From Verrucomicrobiota bacterium (GTDB lineage: Bacteria > Verrucomicrobiota > Verrucomicrobiia > Limisphaerales > UBA9464): a stretch of 46,808 nucleotides of DNA. Both the position numbers and the translations under genes were made by a program. The stretch covers positions 1-46,808 of the forward strand of contig JBBRQL010000003.1 in assembly GCA_038226425.1 (NCBI GenBank). The letters are read 5' to 3'. Of the stretch, positions 29,653-39,550 are shown in pieces. Numbering within the stretch: position 1 is the stretch's first letter; every line of letters begins with the position of its first letter. The notes under the pieces are model-generated. The model did no database searches. It saw nothing but the letters and a program-made list of their open reading frames with translations, and had not been told where the DNA came from.

Positions 29653-32600
29653 ATGAAGCTCAAGCTGCTGATCCCGTTCCTGCTGGTGTTGTGGTCCGGG
29701 CCTCTGCTCCGGGCGGACCGGCCGGTCGCGGTCTTCCTGGAGCTGGAAGGTCCGGCGGTCGCCGAACTCGACCTCGCCGCAGCCGAACGCACCGGAGCCA
29801 AGCCGGCGGTGGCGCCGACGCCCTCCTCCGAGCGTCTCGCCGAGATCCGCCGGCAACAAGCCGCGCTGGAGCCGTTGCTCGTCCCGCTGGATGCGAAGAT
29901 CACCGGTCGCTTCGGCATCTTGGTGAACGCCGTCCGCGTCCGCGTGCTGGAATCGCGGATCCCGGAGCTACGGGCGTTGCCCGGCGTGGTCCGCGTCCAA
30001 CGCGTCCACCAGTACAAGCCGAACTTGGAATCGAGCGTGCCATGGGTCGGCGCGCCGGCGGCATGGGCCGGGACCATCGGCGGCCTCGCCGGCGCCGGCG
30101 TCCGCATCGGGATCATCGATTCCGGCATCGACTACTATCACGCCGACTTCGGCGGCCGCGGCCGCGCCGCGGACCATGAGAACGACGATCCGAAGGTGAT
30201 CGAGCCCGGCTCGTTCCCGACGACGAAGGTCGTCGGGGGCACCGATTTCGTGGGCGACAACTACGACTCGAGCGACACCGCGAAGGACACACCGGTCCCC
30301 GATCCGGATCCGCTCGACACCAAGGCGAACGGCCACGGCTCGCACGTCGCCGGCATCGCCGCGGGCCTGGGCGTGCTGGCCGACGGCAGCACCTACACCG
30401 GCCCGCACAACGGCAAGGTCGACTTCACCCGGTTCAAGATCGGACCCGGGGTCGCGCCCGACGCGAAGCTGTATGCGCTGAAAGTCTTCGGTCGCACCGG
30501 TTCCACTGATGCCGTGACCGACGCACTCGACTGGGCGGCCGACCCCAACGCCGACGGCCGGACCACCGACCATCTGGACGTGGTGAACCTCTCGTTGGGC
30601 GGTGATTTCGGGCAGTACGACCCGGCCGATGTCGAACTCAAGGCGGTCGACCGCTTGGCGCGGCTCGGCTGCGTCGTCGTCATCTCCGCGGGCAACGCGG
30701 GCGACACCCACTACATCCTCGGCAACCCCGGCGTCGCCCCTCGCGCCATCACGGTCGCCAACTCGATCGACAACGGCACGAGCACCTTGGACTTGCGGGT
30801 GCTTTCCCCGGCTTCGATCGCCGCCAACTACCCCGCCGTCGAGGGCGCCGTCACCGCGCCGCTCGCCGAGGTCGGGCCCAAGACGGCCCAGGTCGTGGCC
30901 ACCTCGCCGTCCGATGCCTGCGGACCGCTCTCCAACACCGCCGCGCTCAAAGGGAAGATCGCGTTGATCGACCGCGGGGATTGCCTGTTCGCCGACAAGA
31001 TCGCCAAGGCCCAGGCCGCGGGCGCGATCGGCATCATCATGGTCAACAACCAGGACGGTCCGCCGATCCCCATGGGCGGCTCTGCCGTCGATCCGATCAC
31101 GATCCCCGGCGTGATGATCTCGAAAGCAGACGGCACCTTGCTGCGCGCCCATCTGATCGACGGCGTCACGGCCATGCTTTCCAGCGCGGTCGTCACCGTC
31201 CATCCGGAGCTGGCCGACCAGATCGAGGAGAGCAGTTCCCGGGGACCTACCTATCCGGACAACCGGTTGAAGCCCGACCTCGCCGCGCCCGGCTCATCGA
31301 TCCGGTCGGCGGAATCGGGCGGTGGCTCCTCCGGCGTGGTGTTCAGCGGCACATCGATGTCGGCCCCGCACGTCTCCGGAGCCGCGGCGTTGTTGAAGCA
31401 GGCGCATCCGACCTGGCCGGTCGACGACATCAAGGCCGCGTTGATGGGCACGACGGTCATCATCCACGACGCCGATGGCCATCTGTATCCCAAGTCCCGC
31501 GCCGGCGCCGGGCGGCTCCAGGTGGACGCCGCCGCGTCGACCGCGGTGGTGGCCAAGGCGGACAACTCGCTGGGCGAGGTCTCCATCTCGTTCGGCCTGT
31601 ACGAGCTGTCAGGACCGCTCTCGCTCAACCGTTCGGTCCGGGTGGTCAACCACGGCGGTTCGCCGGTCACGTTGGACCTGACCGTGGCGACCTCCGTCGC
31701 GGAGCCGGGCATCACGCTCACGCCGTCGGTCCCGAACATCACGGTCCCGGCCAACGGCGCGACGAGCGTCGGTTTCCGGCTCGATGTCGATCCTTCCAAG
31801 TTCGTCCGCACCCGCGATCTCACGGCGGTCGCCGACATCGGCGGCGTGCCGCGTCCGCAGTTGCCGGAATCGAGCGGCGACATCTGGCTGCGCGGCGGCG
31901 GGACCGCGCTGCACGTCCCGTGGCACATCATCGCCCGCGCCGCATCTCAGATGGCCGTGACCGCGACCCACGTCGGTCTTCCGGCCGGCCCGACCGGCTC
32001 GCTCACCTTGCCCGGCCGCGGACCCAGCGCGCATTCCGCGCCGCTCGTCGCGGCGTTCCAGTTGGGTCTCGCCAAGACACCAGTGGCCTTCACCCCGGTC
32101 GGCGCCTCGACCGACGTGCTCGCCGTCGGCGCCGCCAGCGACATCGCGACCGCCGGCACGATGGCGTCCACCACGCTTTATTTCGGCATCGCCACCGCCG
32201 GGCATTGGTCGACGCCGAACCGCGCGGCGAACGACTTCGACGTGGAGATCGACCTCGACGGCGACGGCATGGCGGACTTCACGCTCATCAACGGGAACAC
32301 CGGCACGTTCGGCGTCGGCGACGTCGATTCCTACGACGACTCGACCGATGCGCTGGAGACCGTCGTCCGCGACGAGGCCACCGGGAAGCTCGTCGGGAGC
32401 CGGCCGCTCGACCTGTTCGGCGCCGGGCCGCACGACGCGGCGCTCTTCGCCAACGGCGTGATGGTCCACTCCGCCGCGGCCACCGATTTCGGGCTCTCGG
32501 CGACGCGGACGCGCTTCCGTTACCGGGTGCTCACCCGCGGGGAGTTCGACGACACGACCGATTGGGTGGCCTTCGACGCCGCCAAGCCCGCCATCGACAC

Positions 32601-33159
32601 GACCTCGGCCGGGATCGATCGCACGCCGTACTTCGACGAGGCATCGGGCGTGACCCTCGGCTTCGACCGCGCCAACGCCAAAGCGGCCGGCTTCACCGAT
32701 ACGGCTCCGCCCCGGGCGCTGCTGATCCACGTCCACAACCTGAGCGGCAAGCACGCCGACATCGTCCGCCTCGACCTCGCGACGCCCGATGTGGACGCCG
32801 ACGGCATGGACGACGTTTGGGAACTGGCGCACTTCGGCGACCTCTCCCACACCGGCGCGGAGGATTCCGACGGCGATGGTGCCTCCGACCGACAAGAATT
32901 CCTCGCCGGCACCGATCCGCTGGATCCGGGCACGACGTTCCGGTTGTCCGCGCAGCCCTCCACGTCGTTGGCCGGCACGACCCGACTGCGCTGGGCCAGC
33001 ACGGCGGGCCATACCTACGCCATCGAGCGCGCCGCGCGGTTGCCGGGACCGTTCACGGCCGTGCGCACGGGCATCCGGGCCACACCGCCGCAGAATCAAT
33101 CCGACGACCTCGCCCCCACCGGCGATGCCACCGTCTTCTACCGCATCCGGGTCGAGTGA
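29653..33159 (+). CDS. Secreted S8 subtilase (Vpr-like): I9 propeptide, PA domain, Fn3-like, DxDGDG repeats, C-terminal beta domain (1168 aa)
   Basis: Signal MKLKLLIPFLLVLW, IGIIDSGIDYYH, GHGSHVAG, SAGNAG, KIALIDRGDC, KPDLAAPG, SGTSMSAPHVSGAAALL. Confidence 0.95.
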   Translation: MKLKLLIPFLLVLWSGPLLRADRPVAVFLELEGPAVAELDLAAAERTGAKPAVAPTPSSERLAEIRRQQAALEPLLVPLDAKITGRFGILVNAVRVRVLESRIPELRALPGVVRVQRVHQYKPNLESSVPWVGAPAAWAGTIGGLAGAGVRIGIIDSGIDYYHADFGGRGRAADHENDDPKVIEPGSFPTTKVVGGTDFVGDNYDSSDTAKDTPVPDPDPLDTKANGHGSHVAGIAAGLGVLADGSTYTGPHNGKVDFTRFKIGPGVAPDAKLYALKVFGRTGSTDAVTDALDWAADPNADGRTTDHLDVVNLSLGGDFGQYDPADVELKAVDRLARLGCVVVISAGNAGDTHYILGNPGVAPRAITVANSIDNGTSTLDLRVLSPASIAANYPAVEGAVTAPLAEVGPKTAQVVATSPSDACGPLSNTAALKGKIALIDRGDCLFADKIAKAQAAGAIGIIMVNNQDGPPIPMGGSAVDPITIPGVMISKADGTLLRAHLIDGVTAMLSSAVVTVHPELADQIEESSSRGPTYPDNRLKPDLAAPGSSIRSAESGGGSSGVVFSGTSMSAPHVSGAAALLKQAHPTWPVDDIKAALMGTTVIIHDADGHLYPKSRAGAGRLQVDAAASTAVVAKADNSLGEVSISFGLYELSGPLSLNRSVRVVNHGGSPVTLDLTVATSVAEPGITLTPSVPNITVPANGATSVGFRLDVDPSKFVRTRDLTAVADIGGVPRPQLPESSGDIWLRGGGTALHVPWHIIARAASQMAVTATHVGLPAGPTGSLTLPGRGPSAHSAPLVAAFQLGLAKTPVAFTPVGASTDVLAVGAASDIATAGTMASTTLYFGIATAGHWSTPNRAANDFDVEIDLDGDGMADFTLINGNTGTFGVGDVDSYDDSTDALETVVRDEATGKLVGSRPLDLFGAGPHDAALFANGVMVHSAAATDFGLSATRTRFRYRVLTRGEFDDTTDWVAFDAAKPAIDTTSAGIDRTPYFDEASGVTLGFDRANAKAAGFTDTAPPRALLIHVHNLSGKHADIVRLDLATPDVDADGMDDVWELAHFGDLSHTGAEDSDGDGASDRQEFLAGTDPLDPGTTFRLSAQPSTSLAGTTRLRWASTAGHTYAIERAARLPGPFTAVRTGIRATPPQNQSDDLAPTGDATVFYRIRVE

Positions 33160-33276
33160 AGCCGCTAGGTCGGAGTAGTCTCTGGCCGGGCCTCCGCCAA
33201 GAGCGGGTGAGCTTGTCAGGCTCGTGGCACGGGAAAACCGTTGCGAAGAGCGATGCAGCGGTCTGGATTGGGCGCG

Positions 33277-33849
33277 ATGCTTCTGTTCCGCGAGCGGATC
33301 CCCTCCGATTGGCTGCCCAAGGTGAAGGCGAACCTGCCGGCCGTGCTGGTGGACCATGCCCATCTGGAGCGCAAGGCCGCGACCACCGCGCTGAACCTCG
33401 AGAAGTTCCGCCAGCTCTTCGGCCAGGTGCATGAGCTGAACGCCATCGCCATCGAGGAATTGCAGCATTTCGAGCTGGTGCTCCAGCTGCTCCGGCGCCG
33501 GGGCATCCCCTTCACCGAACCGCGTCCGAGCGCTTGGATCAAAGGCCTGATGCGGGCCGTGCGCGGAGGCATCCAGGGCCAGGTGATCGACCACCTCATC
33601 TGCTGCGCGCTGATCGAGGCCCGGAGCTGCGAGAAGTTCCAGGTGCTCGGCGAAGCGCTGGAAAGCGACGACCCGGAGCTGGCGGCGTTCTACCGCAGCC
33701 TGGTCGAATCGGAAGGCAACCACTACGCGACCTATCTGATCATGGCGCGCCACATCGACCTGGAGGAGACCGATCGCCGCCTGGATTGGTTCCTCGACCT
33801 CGACGCGGAACTCATGCGCCAGCCCAACCCGGAACCGATCCTGCACTGA
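33277..33849 (+). CDS. miaE: tRNA-(ms2io6A37) hydroxylase
   Basis: LVDHAHLERKAA, EELQHF, ALIEARSCEKF, FYRSLVESEGNHY, C-terminal PILH. Confidence 0.9.
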   Translation: MLLFRERIPSDWLPKVKANLPAVLVDHAHLERKAATTALNLEKFRQLFGQVHELNAIAIEELQHFELVLQLLRRRGIPFTEPRPSAWIKGLMRAVRGGIQGQVIDHLICCALIEARSCEKFQVLGEALESDDPELAAFYRSLVESEGNHYATYLIMARHIDLEETDRRLDWFLDLDAELMRQPNPEPILH

Positions 33850-34208
33850 GGCGGGGGCCCGGGGGAGGATCGAACGGTCCACGAGATCCCGCGGATCGCG
33901 GACATGGACCGGTTCAGGCGCCTGATCCGTGGGCAGGGAGAGTCGTGGATCAGAGCTGGAGCGTCCGTGACCGGCCCGATGCGAGCCATGCAGCCATGGT
34001 AGCTTGGGCCAGACAACCGGAAGGCAGGCCCTTCAATCCACGCCTCCTCCACTACTGTCCGCCACTTCTTGTCGGACCCTCTTGTCTTCCTCTTCTCCAG
34101 GTCCCGACCCGATCGTGTCGCGATCCGGAATTTTCCACTTGTGATCCCGTGGCCAAGACCGCTTATCGCCCGCCTGTGGGACCTTCCCGTTCTACCCGTT
34201 CTGCGCCG

Positions 34209-35696
34209 ATGTCCCGGCATCGCCCGGCGTGCCTTGCTCTCCTTCTCCGCGGGGTCGCGGTGTTCCTTCTCGCGATGGCGGCCCACGCCGGCACCTGGGC
34301 GGAGATCCGGCAACGCGGCGTGCTCCGCTGGGGCAACGACGCCGAAGGCGGCGCGCCCTACATCTACCACGATCCGCAGCGTCCGCAGGAGCTGACCGGC
34401 TTCGAGGTGGATTTCGCCGGCGCGCTCACGGCGAAGCTGGGGGTGAAGTCCGCCTTCGTGCAGCAGAACTGGGACATGCTCATCCCGGCGCTGGGGGACG
34501 GCACGTCCTTCGACATCATCATCGCCGGCCTCGAACGCTCGCCCGAGAACCTCGCCAAGATCGCGATGAGCCGGCCGTACTTCGCCTTCGGCCAGCAGCT
34601 CGTCGTCCGCGCGGACCAACCGCTGGTCACCTCGCTCGACCCGCTCAAGGGCCGTCCCGTCGGCGTGCTCTCCGGCACGGTGTCGTACCGCATCCTCGAA
34701 GCGCGCGGCGACCTCGACGTGCGGGTGTACCAGGACAACGTGAACTACTTCCGCGACCTCGAGGTCGGCCGTCTCGACGCGGTGCTCACCGACACGCCCA
34801 TCGCCCAGGTGAACCTCGCCGGCAACACCAAGCTCCGGCGCGCCGGACCGCCCTTCGCACCGGGCTTCTACGCCATCGGCGTGCGGCGCGAGGACGCCGC
34901 CTTGCTGCCCGAGATCGACCGGGCCATCGAGGCCTTGCTCGCCGACGGCACGCTGGAACGCATCTACTCGAAGTACGGGCTCTGGACGGCCGAGCAAGGG
35001 ACATTGCTTGGCTGGAAGGTGCCGGAAGAAGGGCCGGCGACGGCCCGCGCATCGGCGCTGCGCGGATGGCGCATCTACCTGCCCATCCTGCTCAGGGCCG
35101 CGGTGACGACCGTCTGGGTGACCTGCGCCGGCATGGCCATCGCCGTGGTCTGGGGACTCGCCTTGGCGCTGTTGCGGACCGATGGACCGGCCGTGGTCCG
35201 CTGGGCCGCGACGGCGTACATCGAGGTCTTCCGCGGGACGCCGCTGCTGTTGCAGATCTACTTCATCTACTTCGGGCTCGCGCAACAACTCGGCATCAAG
35301 CTCAGCGCGGGCGTCGCGGCGGTGGTCGCGCTCGGGCTGAACTACGCGGCGAACGAGGCCGAGAACTACCGCGCCGGCATCGAGGCCGTGCCGAAGGGGC
35401 AATCCGAGGCGGCGCTCGCGCTGGGGATGACGCGTTGGACCGCGCTGCGCCGGGTGGTGCTGCCGCAGGCGTTGCGCATCAGCCTCCCGAGCGTCACCAA
35501 CGACTTCATCGCGATGTCCAAGGACTCGTCCATCGTCTCGGTCATCGGGCTGGTGGAGCTGACGAAGGAGTACCAGATCCGCGCCATCGACACGTCCGAC
35601 TACATCGGTCTCGGCCTGATGACCGGCGGCATCTACCTGGCGATGAGCTACGGGGCATCGGTCGCGTTGCGGCGCCTGGAGAGGAGCCTGCGATGA
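34209..35696 (+). CDS. Polar amino-acid ABC transporter, fused substrate-binding protein and permease
   Basis: Signal peptide, LRWGNDAEGGAPY, GFEVD (SBP family 3), then YIEVFRGTPLLLQ, GLNYAANEAENYRAGIEAVPKGQSEAA, KDSS. Confidence 0.93.
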   Translation: MSRHRPACLALLLRGVAVFLLAMAAHAGTWAEIRQRGVLRWGNDAEGGAPYIYHDPQRPQELTGFEVDFAGALTAKLGVKSAFVQQNWDMLIPALGDGTSFDIIIAGLERSPENLAKIAMSRPYFAFGQQLVVRADQPLVTSLDPLKGRPVGVLSGTVSYRILEARGDLDVRVYQDNVNYFRDLEVGRLDAVLTDTPIAQVNLAGNTKLRRAGPPFAPGFYAIGVRREDAALLPEIDRAIEALLADGTLERIYSKYGLWTAEQGTLLGWKVPEEGPATARASALRGWRIYLPILLRAAVTTVWVTCAGMAIAVVWGLALALLRTDGPAVVRWAATAYIEVFRGTPLLLQIYFIYFGLAQQLGIKLSAGVAAVVALGLNYAANEAENYRAGIEAVPKGQSEAALALGMTRWTALRRVVLPQALRISLPSVTNDFIAMSKDSSIVSVIGLVELTKEYQIRAIDTSDYIGLGLMTGGIYLAMSYGASVALRRLERSLR

Positions 35697-36436
35697 TCCG
35701 CACCGAAGGCCTTGGCAAGAGCTTCGGCGCGGCCCGCGTGCTCGACGGCATCGACCACGCGCAGCAACGCGGCGAGGTGGTCGTGCTCATCGGCCCGAGC
35801 GGCTGCGGCAAGAGCACTTTCCTGCGCTGCCTGAACCAGCTCGAGACGCACGACACCGGGCTCATCACGGTCGGCGACGTGACGCTGGAGGCGGGCGCCA
35901 GACCCGACCGCGAGAAGCAACGCCGGCTCCGCCTGTGCTCCGGGATGGTCTTCCAGCAGTTCCATCTGTTCCCGCATCGCACCGCGCTGGAGAACGTGAT
36001 GGAAGGCCCTCGGTTCGTGCTCGGCCAGACCGCCGCCGAAGCCGGGGCGACCGCGAGGGCGTTGCTCGCCAAGGTCGGCCTCGCCGACCGCGCGGACCAT
36101 CGGCCGTCCCAGCTTTCCGGCGGACAACAACAGCGCGTGGCCATCGCCCGCGCGCTGGCGATGAAGCCGCAGGTGATGCTCTTCGACGAGCCCACCAGCG
36201 CGCTCGACCCGGAGCTCCGCGAGGAGGTGCTTCGCGTGCTGCGCCAACTGGCCGACGAAGGCATGACGATGCTCGTCGCCACGCACGAGATGCGGTTCGC
36301 CGAGGAGGTCGCCGACCACGTGCTCTTCATGGAAGGAGGACGCATCGTCGAATCCGGTCCGCCCGGGCGGATCTTCCGCGACCCGTCGCAGGAGAGGACC
36401 CGCGAGTTCTTGCGGAAGATCCTGCCGAAGGCCTGA
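35693..36436 (+). CDS. Polar amino-acid ABC transporter ATP-binding protein (GlnQ-like)
   Basis: GPSGCGKST, GMVFQQFHLFPH, LSGGQQQR, FDEPTSALDPE, THEMRFA. ATGA overlap with the permease. Confidence 0.96.
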   Translation: MIRTEGLGKSFGAARVLDGIDHAQQRGEVVVLIGPSGCGKSTFLRCLNQLETHDTGLITVGDVTLEAGARPDREKQRRLRLCSGMVFQQFHLFPHRTALENVMEGPRFVLGQTAAEAGATARALLAKVGLADRADHRPSQLSGGQQQRVAIARALAMKPQVMLFDEPTSALDPELREEVLRVLRQLADEGMTMLVATHEMRFAEEVADHVLFMEGGRIVESGPPGRIFRDPSQERTREFLRKILPKA

Positions 36437-36482
36437 GCGGCCCTTCCGAGAACATCGACGCTTCCGCGACCGATGCGCAGGA

Positions 36483-36528
36483 GGGCGGGCTTCCAGCCTG
36501 CCTGTATCCGCGGGCTTCCAGCCTGCGA
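36483..36528 (+). repeat. REP-like doublet (GCGGGCTTCCAGCCTGC x2)
   Basis: Two short palindromes in tandem, related to GGACAGGCTTCCTGCCTGTCC at ~14643. Confidence 0.65.
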
Positions 36529-36611
36529 GGCGGACGGAAAATCCGTCATCCCGGTGTCCGTCATGAGCGCAATTCGTGTCTTTCGCGGGCGGACCGTGCT
36601 TTGATCGGCGC

Positions 36612-37487
36612 GTGGCGAAACCGACCTACATCGAGCTCGCGGACGAGACGCGCATCCCGATCCTCTACGAAGACCGCACGGTCATGGCCCTCGACAAGCC
36701 GGCCGGCTGGATCCTCGGACCGGACGACTGGGAGCACACCGCGCGCAACCTTCCGCTGGCCATCCAGTCGTCGATCAGCGCGGGCGACTACTGGGCGCGT
36801 TCGCGGAACATGCGGTATCTCCGGCACGTCCACCGCCTCGACGCCGGCACCAGCGGGATCCTGCTCTGCGTGAAACATCTCGGCGCGATGGCGCCCATCT
36901 CGCGCCTCTTCGCCGACCGCGTGGTCAAGAAGACCTATCTCGCCGTGACCGACGGCCTGCCCAAGCAGCCCGAATGGACGCGCACCGACATGCTCGGGCC
37001 GGAAGAACGCGAACCCGGCCGGCACCGCGTCGACCCGACCGCCGGCAAGGAGGCGCACACCGATTTCAAGGTGCTGCAGACCGGGCGCTACACGGCCTTG
37101 GTCGAGGCGAAGCCGCACACCGGTCGCACCCACCAGATCCGCCTGCATCTCGCCGCGAGCGGGACGCCGGTGCAGGGTGACGACATGTACGGCACGCCGC
37201 ATCCCGGCGGCCTGGCATTGCGCGCGGTGGGGCTGGAATACACCGATCCATTCACCCAACGCGTGGTGCGGATCAGCGCGCCGGCGGCCGATTTTTGCCG
37301 CCACTTCGGCTTCACTCTGCCGGAGCGCCCGAGGCGGCCGGCTGCGGCCGGCCCCGAACCGGGAACGCCGCCGCCAACCGCAGCAGTTCGCCCGGGACCT
37401 GCTCCTGCCCTCGCTTCGGTCGCGGGTCCGGCAGCTTCCAGGACATCGCCGCACGGTCGTGGACCGGATCGCTCGTCTCAGAAGTAG
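36612..37487 (+). CDS. RluA-family RNA pseudouridine synthase
   Basis: ILYED..MALDKPAG, VHRLDAGTSG, KKTYLA, TGRTHQIRLHLA, PVQGDDMYG. GTG start at 36612. Confidence 0.93.
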   Translation: MAKPTYIELADETRIPILYEDRTVMALDKPAGWILGPDDWEHTARNLPLAIQSSISAGDYWARSRNMRYLRHVHRLDAGTSGILLCVKHLGAMAPISRLFADRVVKKTYLAVTDGLPKQPEWTRTDMLGPEEREPGRHRVDPTAGKEAHTDFKVLQTGRYTALVEAKPHTGRTHQIRLHLAASGTPVQGDDMYGTPHPGGLALRAVGLEYTDPFTQRVVRISAPAADFCRHFGFTLPERPRRPAAAGPEPGTPPPTAAVRPGPAPALASVAGPAASRTSPHGRGPDRSSQK

Positions 37488-37590
37488 TTCTCTATCCACC
37501 CCGCGGTTCTTCAAGCTCCGCCCCGGCTTCCCGGCTTCTCTGCTCGGCACGCTCTTGATGCGTCGGCCTTGGGCCCCTGCGAATTGTGCA

Positions 37591-37619
37591 TTGTCAGGCA
37601 CCCTTCGGTCCGGCATGGT
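37591..37619 (+). promoter_or_regulatory. Putative sigma70 promoter of the cimA leader
   Basis: TTGTCA-17 nt-CATGGT-7 nt-GTG (start of the leader ORF). Confidence 0.65.
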
Positions 37620-37626
37620 CCCCGGG

Positions 37627-37740
37627 GTGATGCTGATGCCGACATACCCGACGGTCACGGGACGTTGCTCCCGGGGAGCCGCGCTGGAGATTCCTAGCTT
37701 CATCGGAACGGTCATCATCATCGGCCACCTAGGGCGTTGA
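37627..37740 (+). CDS. cimA leader peptide (Ile-rich), 37 aa
   Basis: MMLMPTYPTVTGRCSRGAALEIPSFIGTVIIIGHLGR, with ATC ATC ATC at 37714-37722, six codons before the stop. Start is uncertain (37627, 37630 or 37636). Confidence 0.75.
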   Translation: MMLMPTYPTVTGRCSRGAALEIPSFIGTVIIIGHLGR

Positions 37741-37759
37741 ACGAGTTTTCCATCTTCTG

Positions 37760-37793
37760 AAAACCCCGTTCCGCCCGTCGGAACGGGGTTTTT
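37760..37793 (+). terminator. Attenuator terminator upstream of cimA
   Basis: AAAACCCCGTTCCG-CCCGT-CGGAACGGGGTTTTT. Its 5' arm can instead pair with 37732-37750 (antiterminator). Confidence 0.88.
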
Positions 37794-37841
37794 GCTTTGT
37801 ACCCTCTGCCAGCCCGCACGACCATCAGCCACAGCCTCCGA

Positions 37842-39404
37842 ATGAAAAACCAAGTTGAGATCTACGACACGACCCTCCGCGACGGATCGCAGGGCGAAGG
37901 CATCAATTTCTCCCTGACCGACAAGCTGCGCATCGCCGAGCGGTTGGACGCTTTCGGGGTCCACTACATCGAAGGCGGATGGCCGGGATCGAACCCGAAG
38001 GACATGGAGTTCTTCCAGCAGGCGAAACGTCGCAAGTGGAAGAACGCCAAGATCGCTAGCTTCGGTTTCACCCGGAAGAAGGGCGTGCCGGTCGAGCAGG
38101 ACGAGCAGGTGCGGATGCTTCTCGACGCGGCGACCCCGGTCGTCTGCGTGGTCGGCAAGACATGGCTGCTCCACGTCACCGAGGTCCTGCGGGTGAAGCC
38201 GGACGAGAACCTCGCGATGATCGCCGACACGATCCGCTACCTGAAGGACCAGGGCAAGATCGTGGTCTACGACGCCGAGCACAGCTTCGACGGGTTCAAG
38301 GACGAGCCCGAATACGCCCTCGCCACCTGGCAGGCCGCCGAGAAGGCCGGCGCGGACGTCATCTGCCTCTGCGAGACCAACGGCGGCGCCATGCCGAGCG
38401 AGGTCGCGCGGATCACCGCCTTCGCCCACGGCAAGCTGAACGCCCGCCTCGGCATCCACACTCACAACGACTGCGGCTTCGGCGTCGCCAACGCCATCGC
38501 GGCCTTGGAGGCCGGCGCGTCCCACGTGCAAGGCACCATCAACGGCTACGGCGAGCGCACCGGGAACTGCAACCTCACCAGCGTCATACCCACGCTCCAG
38601 CTCAAGCTCGGCAAGATCGGCGTGCCCCCGAAGTCGCTGCCCAAGCTGAAGGAGTTGTCCGAGTTCGTGGACGAGATCGCCAACCTGCGCCACGACACCC
38701 GGCAGCCGTGGGTGGGCCAGACGGCGTTCGCGCACAAGGGCGGCATCCACGTCCACGCCATCGAGCGCGTCGCGCGCAGCTACGAGCACATCGATCCGGC
38801 CGCGGTGGGCAACTTCCGCCGCGTGCTGGTGAGCGACATGTCGGGCCGCACCAACATCCTGGTGAAGGCCGCCGAACTGGGCTTCAAGCTCACCGCGGAG
38901 ATGCCGGAGACCAAGACGATCACCGCCCGCGTCAAGGAGCAGGAGAACCTCGGCTACGAATACGAGGCGGCCGAAGCGTCGTTGGCGCTGCTCATCCGCG
39001 GCGTGCTCGACCACGATCCGGAACTCCTGTTCACGGTCGATTCGTACCATGTCTCGATGCGCGGCGACGCCAAGACGTCCATCTGCGAAGCCACGGTGAA
39101 GGTCAGGGTGGGCGACGAGGTCCACCACACCGTGGCCGAAGGCGACGGACCGGTGAACGCTCTGGACACCGCGCTCCGCGCCGCGCTCGCGAAGTCTTTC
39201 CCGAAGATCCGCCAGGTGAAGCTCACCGACTACAAGGTGCGCATCCTCGACGGCGTCGCCGGCACCGGGGCGAAGACCCGCGTGCTCATCCAGAGCACCG
39301 ACGGCAAGCGCGATTGGGGCACGGTCGGGGTCAGCGAGAACATCATCACCGCATCGCTCCAGGCGCTCGTGGATTCGATGGAGTACGCCTTGCTGAAGAA
39401 GTGA
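37842..39404 (+). CDS. cimA: Citramalate synthase
   Basis: IYDTTLRDGSQGEG, IEGGWPGSNPKD, YDAEHSFDG, GIHTHND, GTINGYGERTGN, AFAHKGGIH, YEHIDP, AEGDGPVNALD, WGTVGVSENII. Confidence 0.93.
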   Translation: MKNQVEIYDTTLRDGSQGEGINFSLTDKLRIAERLDAFGVHYIEGGWPGSNPKDMEFFQQAKRRKWKNAKIASFGFTRKKGVPVEQDEQVRMLLDAATPVVCVVGKTWLLHVTEVLRVKPDENLAMIADTIRYLKDQGKIVVYDAEHSFDGFKDEPEYALATWQAAEKAGADVICLCETNGGAMPSEVARITAFAHGKLNARLGIHTHNDCGFGVANAIAALEAGASHVQGTINGYGERTGNCNLTSVIPTLQLKLGKIGVPPKSLPKLKELSEFVDEIANLRHDTRQPWVGQTAFAHKGGIHVHAIERVARSYEHIDPAAVGNFRRVLVSDMSGRTNILVKAAELGFKLTAEMPETKTITARVKEQENLGYEYEAAEASLALLIRGVLDHDPELLFTVDSYHVSMRGDAKTSICEATVKVRVGDEVHHTVAEGDGPVNALDTALRAALAKSFPKIRQVKLTDYKVRILDGVAGTGAKTRVLIQSTDGKRDWGTVGVSENIITASLQALVDSMEYALLKK

Positions 39405-39446
39405 CCGGACAGGGCCTTGGCGACGCCCGCCTTCCTTTGATCGGCG

Positions 39447-39528
39447 GGTAGGGCGACGCTCCTGCGGAGCCCATGCGAGTTGACGGGCCGCCCTCTGCTC
39501 AGCGGCTCGGCAGGAGCCTCGCCCTACC
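39447..39528. repeat. GTAG-type REPIN (inverted REP pair), copy 1
   Basis: GGTAGGGCGACGCTCCTGCGGAGCC…GGCTCGGCAGGAGCCTCGCCCTACC between convergent genes. Near-identical copy at 45707. Confidence 0.9.
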
Positions 39529-39550
39529 GACGCCGTCGACCTCCCGAGCC

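Noticed and set aside
33850-34208. Possible sRNA or riboswitch upstream of the amino-acid ABC importer
   Set aside because: Only a weak hairpin and pyrimidine-rich tracts were seen, with no motif I can support without an Rfam scan.
37704-37711. CGGAACGG in the leader as the antiterminator arm
   Set aside because: It is complementary to the terminator 5' arm but would be covered by a ribosome stalled at the Ile run. The 37732-37750 helix fits attenuation logic better.
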